A DNA stretch of 64,000 nucleotides, from assembly GCA_963778115.1 (NCBI GenBank), contig CAVZSV010000005.1, positions 416,001-480,000 of the forward strand. The letters run 5' to 3'. The notes beneath the pieces are model-generated. The model worked only from the letters and a program-made list of their open reading frames with translations, was not told the origin of the DNA and did not search any database. The position numbers and the translations under genes were made by a program. Positions 58,475 to 64,000 of the stretch are shown piece by piece. Numbering within the stretch: the first letter of the stretch is position 1; every line of letters starts with the position of its first letter. This stretch comes from an uncultured delta proteobacterium (GTDB lineage: Bacteria; Bdellovibrionota; FAC87; UBA2466).

Positions 58475-59308
58475 CTAGTTCGCAACCGTTCTCACCGCGC
58501 GAAATCGGATAAGAAGAGCCCCCGAAAGAATTACCATCCAAGCGATCTGAAGCCATAAAATAAACATGGGGATGACGGAGAGTACTCCATAAATCTTGTG
58601 AACATTAACCGCATAGCTATTGTAAAGGCCGAACAAGAACCGCACGATTTCAGAAACTGGCCCCACCACAACGGCGGCCCTGAGAGCCTCTTTCCACGGG
58701 ACCGGATTTCGCGGAATGAAATGGTAGACCAAAAAGAATACCATCACATCCACCGTAAGAGGGATAAGAAGCGCAAAATAGGATCCCACCGTGCCCAAAT
58801 CAAAAACATAGCGCAACCAAGAGTCCCTTCGGATCCATTGACTGACGACGAGAGAAAGTGTCAACGCAATCGGCAAGCCCAACATGACGACAAGCCGGCG
58901 TAGGGTGAGCTTGAACATGTTCCAATGCGTCGTTGGAATCTCAATCGCCGTTCCCAGAATCATATCTAAGCTCTGTCCAAAACGAACGATTAGACTTGCT
59001 ACGGTATAGAGTAAAACCAAAAGACCAATCCACCCCCAGCTACTGCCTTCAATCTGAGAGGTCAGAACGTCAAATTGATGGAGAAAGCTTGCCGAAGACG
59101 AGACATTTAGATTTCCTAAAATGTATTGTTTGCTAAGCTCAAGCCACCGTTCGGTAACGCCGATGCCGTGAAGATACCAAAAGAAAAGTCCTAGCAAAGG
59201 AACAATGGCCAGCATCGTATGGTAGGCAAGGGCAGCAGCTCGTATCGGTATTTCAGAACGTCTAAACCTGTCGGCGTATATTCTTAGTCGGTCTTGGAAG
59301 ACTGGCAC
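58475..59308 (-). CDS. YihY/BrkB family membrane protein
   Basis: RAAALAYHTMLAIVP, multiple TM helices, IYGVLSVIPMFILWL..AW...L.GA. Confidence 0.9.
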   Translation of the reverse strand: MPVFQDRLRIYADRFRRSEIPIRAAALAYHTMLAIVPLLGLFFWYLHGIGVTERWLELSKQYILGNLNVSSSASFLHQFDVLTSQIEGSSWGWIGLLVLLYTVASLIVRFGQSLDMILGTAIEIPTTHWNMFKLTLRRLVVMLGLPIALTLSLVVSQWIRRDSWLRYVFDLGTVGSYFALLIPLTVDVMVFFLVYHFIPRNPVPWKEALRAAVVVGPVSEIVRFLFGLYNSYAVNVHKIYGVLSVIPMFILWLQIAWMVILSGALLIRFRAVRTVAN

Positions 59309-59946
59309 AAGCGCCCCAATTCTTCACAGAAGCGTTCCCACAAAGGAAGTTCAATGGATAGTAACCGTTGCTTCTGGCCACTCACCACCGGGTTCTCTTC
59401 GAAATCTTTCCCGTGCCGCTCTTCCTGCGCCAGAATCCGCCGCAGTGTCCGTTTGACATGATCGTTTTGAGTAAGCGCTAAATAGCGGGGATAGACCTGC
59501 ATCACCCGTTGCTCCACCACCCAACTCACTATGGGATAGCAATGGGTCGCCTGAACCTCTTGCGACGCCAGCCGATCTAGCTCGCTAAAATAGTGCCATC
59601 CGATTCGCCCCATCACCGACTCTTTCCAACTCGTCTGGGCACCTCCCAACTTCACGGCGAGCTGCTTTAGCAGATGGGCGTGGGAAGCCTCTTCGGCCGC
59701 ATGCTGAAGCACTGACAAAGAGACATTCTCAAAAGCGACCGCTTTGGCAATTTTTCGAAAACCCACATATTCGAGCTGACTCAGCAAATCTATCCACTGA
59801 CATTCTAGCCAAGGATCGCAGACCAAGTGCCGCAGGGTTTGATCCCATGGCTGGGCCCCTTCCCCGAGCTCCGTACGTTCGAGCTGTGTTCTGGATGGTG
59901 TGCTCAAATGTCCTCTGGGATCAGGTTGTGGGGTAACTCTCATCAT
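59284..59946 (-). CDS. Ferritin-like di-iron protein, BioE-like
   Basis: ATGA overlap with the bioA stop; ligand pattern LSQLE...HAAEEASHA...VVEQR...AQEERH (E/ExxH/E/ExxH). Confidence 0.75.
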   Translation of the reverse strand: MMRVTPQPDPRGHLSTPSRTQLERTELGEGAQPWDQTLRHLVCDPWLECQWIDLLSQLEYVGFRKIAKAVAFENVSLSVLQHAAEEASHAHLLKQLAVKLGGAQTSWKESVMGRIGWHYFSELDRLASQEVQATHCYPIVSWVVEQRVMQVYPRYLALTQNDHVKRTLRRILAQEERHGKDFEENPVVSGQKQRLLSIELPLWERFCEELGRLCQSSKTD

Positions 59947-61280
59947 AAAGGTTCGTTCTGTAGCGCAGAATATAGCACCGTAAAGAAGTCCTGCAAGTCG
60001 GTTTCCGTGGTGCAGTACGGAGGAATGACATAGAGCACCTGATTTAAGGGGCGTATCCAAAATCCTTCGTTCCAAAGCCTTTTGGCTATCTTCCACCCCG
60101 GCCCATTGGCAGGGCTGTAGCACTCCTTGGTTACTTTGTCTTTGACCACTTCCAAGGCCCATACCATGCCAAGATGGCGAACATCACCCACCTGTTCAAG
60201 ATCCGTAAAACGAGGGGTCCACCGTCTCATCACGGCGGTAAGCTTTTTGTTTCTCTCTAAAACTCCCTCGGATTCAAAAATTCTTAGACTCTCTACGGCG
60301 ATCGCACACGACAGAGCGTTAGCGGTAAAGGTGTGGCCATGATAGAAGGTTTTCTCAATCCCTCCGCTAAAAGCGTCAAAGACTCTTGAAGTCACTACCG
60401 TAACCGCTAAGGGCATCATGCCGCTGGTGAGCCCTTTGGAGAGACAGACGATATCCGGCCGCCGACTCAGTTGCTCCATCGCAAACATCGTTCCCGTACG
60501 CCCGAATCCGGTAAACACTTCGTCGTAGATAACCAAAATATCGTTGGCTTCGCACGCCGCCACCAACTTTTCCAAGTATTCCTTCGGATAAGCAACCATT
60601 CCCCCTGCCCCCAGGATCAAAGGCTCAACGATCACAGCGGCAAGGGTAGAGGCCTCTTTTTCGATGGTTTTTAGAGTCTCGTCCAAACAGCGGACCTGAC
60701 AAGAGGGGTATGTCAGATTTAACGGACAGCGATAGCAGTAAGGGGCGGTGGCACGAACCACTGGAATTCGTATCCCTTCAAAGGCGGAATGAAACTGAGA
60801 TAAGTGACTTACCGAAACGGCTCCCATGGTATCGCCGTGGTACGCTCTTTCCATCGACAAAAAACGAGACTTTTCAGGTTTTCCTTTCAGCTGCCAGAAC
60901 TGAATCGCCATTTTGAGGGCCGCTTCAACCGCTGTGGATCCGTCGTCAGAAAAAAAAACTCGCTCAAAGGGTTCTCCCAATACCTCAAGCAATCCAGACG
61001 CCAGTTCGAGTGCCACCGGATGTCCGTGCGGCGCAAACATAACCTGATCGAGAATTCGCGCCTGTTTGCAGAGCGCTTCTACTAACCGGGGGTGGCAATG
61101 GCCGTGAATATTGCACCACCAACTACTGGTAGCATCGTAAAGCCGCTTTCCCCCTTCGTCATACACAAAGGCTCCTTCGGCGCGCACGATCTGAGCCGGA
61201 GGGGTCGTAAGCGGATAGCTGGTAAACGGGTGCCAGACAGAATTATCGGAAAAGGTCTGTTTCTTACTTCCCTTGCTCAC
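59943..61280 (-). CDS. bioA: Adenosylmethionine--8-amino-7-oxononanoate aminotransferase
   Basis: VWHPFT, SSWWCNIHGH, GSTAVEAALKMA, YHGDT, DEVFTGFGRTG and LSKGLT motifs. Confidence 0.96.
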   Translation of the reverse strand: MSKGSKKQTFSDNSVWHPFTSYPLTTPPAQIVRAEGAFVYDEGGKRLYDATSSWWCNIHGHCHPRLVEALCKQARILDQVMFAPHGHPVALELASGLLEVLGEPFERVFFSDDGSTAVEAALKMAIQFWQLKGKPEKSRFLSMERAYHGDTMGAVSVSHLSQFHSAFEGIRIPVVRATAPYCYRCPLNLTYPSCQVRCLDETLKTIEKEASTLAAVIVEPLILGAGGMVAYPKEYLEKLVAACEANDILVIYDEVFTGFGRTGTMFAMEQLSRRPDIVCLSKGLTSGMMPLAVTVVTSRVFDAFSGGIEKTFYHGHTFTANALSCAIAVESLRIFESEGVLERNKKLTAVMRRWTPRFTDLEQVGDVRHLGMVWALEVVKDKVTKECYSPANGPGWKIAKRLWNEGFWIRPLNQVLYVIPPYCTTETDLQDFFTVLYSALQNEPL

Positions 61281-61305
61281 TTCGCTGGCTCACTTCCCTG
61301 GCTCA

Positions 61306-61986
61306 TTAACTAGGCAGTGTTTGAATATCGAACAGCTGACGAAGTCTATCGTTCGCGGACACTTGGGCCACGATCATGCGCGAGTCTTCCGTGGGATCGA
61401 ACTCGGCTAGGATCTCCACCTTTCCAAATTGGGCGATGGCTTGAGCATTTCCCAAAGTTTTGCGGGCTTTCGTAAGGATGACGCCCAGAGTGGGAATGTT
61501 TTCCGTTCTAAGCGCATTCAAGGTCAGTAAAGTCTGATTGATAGCTCCCACTCGATCTTCACTGACTAACAAGACCGGAAGTCCCAGATCTTTGACAAGA
61601 CGTATCTGAAGATACTCTTCGTTAAGAGGGACCAAAATTCCGCCCGCACCCTCAACGATTGCAAAATGCTTTTTCTCGACGATTTCCGAAAAGGCTTTCT
61701 TAAGGAGTTGAGGCTCTACCGTTTTTCCCCACTTCTGGGCCGCCATATGAGGAGAAAGTGGCTCCGGAAATCGATAACAAGGTTCCCAGCAAGCATCGGC
61801 AGGAAGAGTAGAAAACGCACGGACGGCCTTGGTATCATCGCCCACTATCGTGCCAGTCTGAACTGGCTTCCAGTAGACGGCCTTCTTGGGAGTGTGCAGA
61901 AGTTTAAGAAGTCCCGCACAGATTACCGTTTTGCCTACTCCGGTGTCAGTTCCAATTACGAAAACGCCGTTCATGATATCGTCCAT
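61306..61986 (-). CDS. bioD: Dethiobiotin synthase
   Basis: GTDTGVGKT, WKPVQTG, VEGAGG and GAINQTLL motifs. Confidence 0.95.
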   Translation of the reverse strand: MDDIMNGVFVIGTDTGVGKTVICAGLLKLLHTPKKAVYWKPVQTGTIVGDDTKAVRAFSTLPADACWEPCYRFPEPLSPHMAAQKWGKTVEPQLLKKAFSEIVEKKHFAIVEGAGGILVPLNEEYLQIRLVKDLGLPVLLVSEDRVGAINQTLLTLNALRTENIPTLGVILTKARKTLGNAQAIAQFGKVEILAEFDPTEDSRMIVAQVSANDRLRQLFDIQTLPS

Positions 61987-63104
61987 TGCCTTAAGAGTTC
62001 TTGAGCCATGGCTTCCGTATTCTCACGACTAATATGAAGACTCAAAGAGATGCGTATTCGTTCTTGGCCGCGAGGTATCGTGGGATACCGGATCGCTCTA
62101 AGCTCAATGCCGGACTTTCGCATATTTTTACAAAATCTTAAAGCGTTATCCTCACCCGGAATGAGAAACGCAATGATAGGGGAACGCTCATTCCAGATGG
62201 AGTCGCCCTTAGGTTTAACTAGCTGGCCGCAGGGGGCTAAGATCTTTCTAACGGTAACGGCTCGCTCCCATAACTCTTTGCGCTGTGCGGTTGCTTGGCT
62301 AGCTACCTTTAGAGCGGCAGTAACCATTGCCGGAACCGCGGGAGAAGGAGCTGTCGTGTAAATAAAAGAGCGCCCCCGATTGATCAGTAACTCTTTCACG
62401 GCCTTCGAACAAAGAACGGCGGCACCCGCTACGCCGAAGGCTTTTCCAAACGTTACCGTGACGGCAACCTGATTCCAATCGAGCGGGGTTCCCTCTAAAA
62501 GCCCTCTACCGGTCTGCGAAAAGACCCCCGCCGCGTGCGCTTCGTCAAAGATCCAAAAGGTCTCGTTATCGCGCCCCACGGCAAAAAGACCCTCGCTATC
62601 CATCACATCCCCGTCCATGCTAAAAAGCGATTCGCTGATTACGAGTTGCCGTTGGTGGGAATTCGAAACGAATTGCCGCCACTTGCCGTGAGGAATGACT
62701 TCGTAGGGGACCGCACTAAGCCGAATGGGGTCGATGAGACTTGCATGGTTTTTTTCGTCAGAGAGAATGACCTGTGAAAGGGGGGCCAGTGTCTGGACAA
62801 GACTCGAATTCGCCAAAAAGCCCGATGAGAAAAAAAGTGCGGCGGGGCTTCCAAAAAAGTCACTTATCGCCTCTTCGACCTGTTCGAAAACCCGGCTTTG
62901 GCCACCTAATAGACGAGAACCTCGGCTTCCCGAGCCAAAGACCTTAAGCGCCCAAATTCCCGCTTCGATGATCTCAGGGTGGCCGGAGAGCGCCAAATAG
63001 TCATTATGAATAAAAGAAATCCCTTCGGAGGGGGCCAGTTCTCGGTAAAGGCCTTGGGCCCTGAGGTCCGTTAGGATCGCTTCTATCTGATGGTGAAAGG
63101 CCAT
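61971..63104 (-). CDS. bioF: 8-amino-7-oxononanoate synthase
   Basis: NDYLAL, GSRLLGG, SGFLAN, NHASLID, FSMDGD, DEAHA, TFGKAFG and IYTTA motifs; ATG 63104 preferred over 63233. Confidence 0.93.
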   Translation of the reverse strand: MAFHHQIEAILTDLRAQGLYRELAPSEGISFIHNDYLALSGHPEIIEAGIWALKVFGSGSRGSRLLGGQSRVFEQVEEAISDFFGSPAALFFSSGFLANSSLVQTLAPLSQVILSDEKNHASLIDPIRLSAVPYEVIPHGKWRQFVSNSHQRQLVISESLFSMDGDVMDSEGLFAVGRDNETFWIFDEAHAAGVFSQTGRGLLEGTPLDWNQVAVTVTFGKAFGVAGAAVLCSKAVKELLINRGRSFIYTTAPSPAVPAMVTAALKVASQATAQRKELWERAVTVRKILAPCGQLVKPKGDSIWNERSPIIAFLIPGEDNALRFCKNMRKSGIELRAIRYPTIPRGQERIRISLSLHISRENTEAMAQELLRQWTIS

Positions 63105-63153
63105 TTCCGGAATGTGGCATGAGGACGTTAAAAAGGGTAGAAGAAGTCCGCAT

Positions 63154-63885
63154 ATGGAATTAGCCGCAAAACATGTCCTAATTACAGGAGCCGCCAAGCG
63201 AATCGGGAGACATATCGCTGAGGCACTGCTCAAAAAAGGGGCTAGACTCTCTGCCCACTACCACCATTCCCAAGAAGGGATACAGGAGCTAGTTCAACTG
63301 GGAGAGCGTTTAGCAAATCCTGTCACCGCCATTCAAGCCGACTTGCGAGATACCGAAGCCATCAAAAAATCGGTCCATTTCGCCATTGATAAGAAAGGGC
63401 CTGTCGAAATTCTAATTAACGGAGCTAGTGTTTTTTACCCGACCCCTTCCGCTCAATGCACAGAGCCTCAGTGGGATGACCTAATGAACGTCAATTTGCG
63501 CGGCCAATTCTTTTTTGCCGTAGCGGTAGCTTCATCGATGAGTTCAAAGGGGGGGGTCATTCTTAATATTGCTGATGTGCATGCTTCCAAACCCATTCGC
63601 AACTACACCCCTTATGCGGCATCCAAGGCCGGACTGATTATGATGACCCGAAACCTCGCTAAAGAATGGGCCCCCTACATTAGAGTTAACTCCATTAGTC
63701 CCGGTCCCGTTCTATTACCCCAAAACTACAGCCCCCAACAAAGAGCTCGTTCGGCCGAACGCACGTTACTAAAGAGAATCGGATCTCCGGAGGATATTTT
63801 ACAAGCGGTACTTTTTCTAATCGGAAATGACTACATTACCGGGTTTGATTTGAAAGTAGATGGGGGTAGATCGCTCGTGGAGTGA
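63154..63885 (+). CDS. Pteridine reductase / FolM-like SDR
   Basis: TGAAKRIG, HY..S, NIAD and YAASK motifs typical of PTR1/FolM-type SDRs. Confidence 0.8.
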   Translation: MELAAKHVLITGAAKRIGRHIAEALLKKGARLSAHYHHSQEGIQELVQLGERLANPVTAIQADLRDTEAIKKSVHFAIDKKGPVEILINGASVFYPTPSAQCTEPQWDDLMNVNLRGQFFFAVAVASSMSSKGGVILNIADVHASKPIRNYTPYAASKAGLIMMTRNLAKEWAPYIRVNSISPGPVLLPQNYSPQQRARSAERTLLKRIGSPEDILQAVLFLIGNDYITGFDLKVDGGRSLVE

Positions 63886-63903
63886 AAGCGGCCAAGGCAC
63901 TTG

Positions 63904-63999
63904 CTATTTGGTCTGATCAAAGCGCTTCGCCCAATCGGAAAGAGCAGGAATCTGAGCACTGGAAAGCGTCCACAGCACGGCGAATGATTGTGTCATGGC
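63904..63999 (-). CDS. Probable 3' end of a gene entering from beyond the window
   Basis: Open frame ...AMTQSFAVLWTLSSAQIPALSDWAKRFDQTK* convergent with the SDR; too short to identify. Confidence 0.3.
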   Translation of the reverse strand, partial: AMTQSFAVLWTLSSAQIPALSDWAKRFDQTK

Positions 64000-64000
64000 T

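Overview
Window from a Gram-negative (LPS-making) bacterium. Gene content suggests a Bdellovibrionota/Myxococcota-like lineage; this is an inference from content only. It probably spans the replication terminus: there is a good XerCD dif site at 38764-38791 and KOPS octamers mostly converge on it. Housekeeping blocks are waaA-waaF-argS, suhB, tilS-ftsH-cdaA-cdaR-glmM-nnr-tsaE, pgsA, queF, bioF-bioD-bioA and a pteridine reductase. These are interleaved with unusual surface or secreted genes: (1) a 5245-aa lipoprotein with 18 FN3 repeats and five six-bladed Kelch propellers, three of which appear inserted inside stalk repeats; (2) a Gly/Thr-stalk lipoprotein ending in a FrpC-like self-processing module with Ser-Pro instead of Asp-Pro, followed by a partner gene that carries a copy of one of its domains; (3) a secreted coiled-coil hairpin protein; (4) a PilZ gene plus a GltD/AgmU-like TPR protein. 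Four accessory genes have sigma54-type promoters. The biotin operon has no bioC/bioH/bioW but includes a ferritin-like di-iron protein resembling BioE. An HNH gene, an ISL3 remnant and a duplicated non-coding motif lie between 14-bp direct repeats. No rRNA, tRNA or CRISPR array was seen. All calls are from manual reading; no database searches were run.
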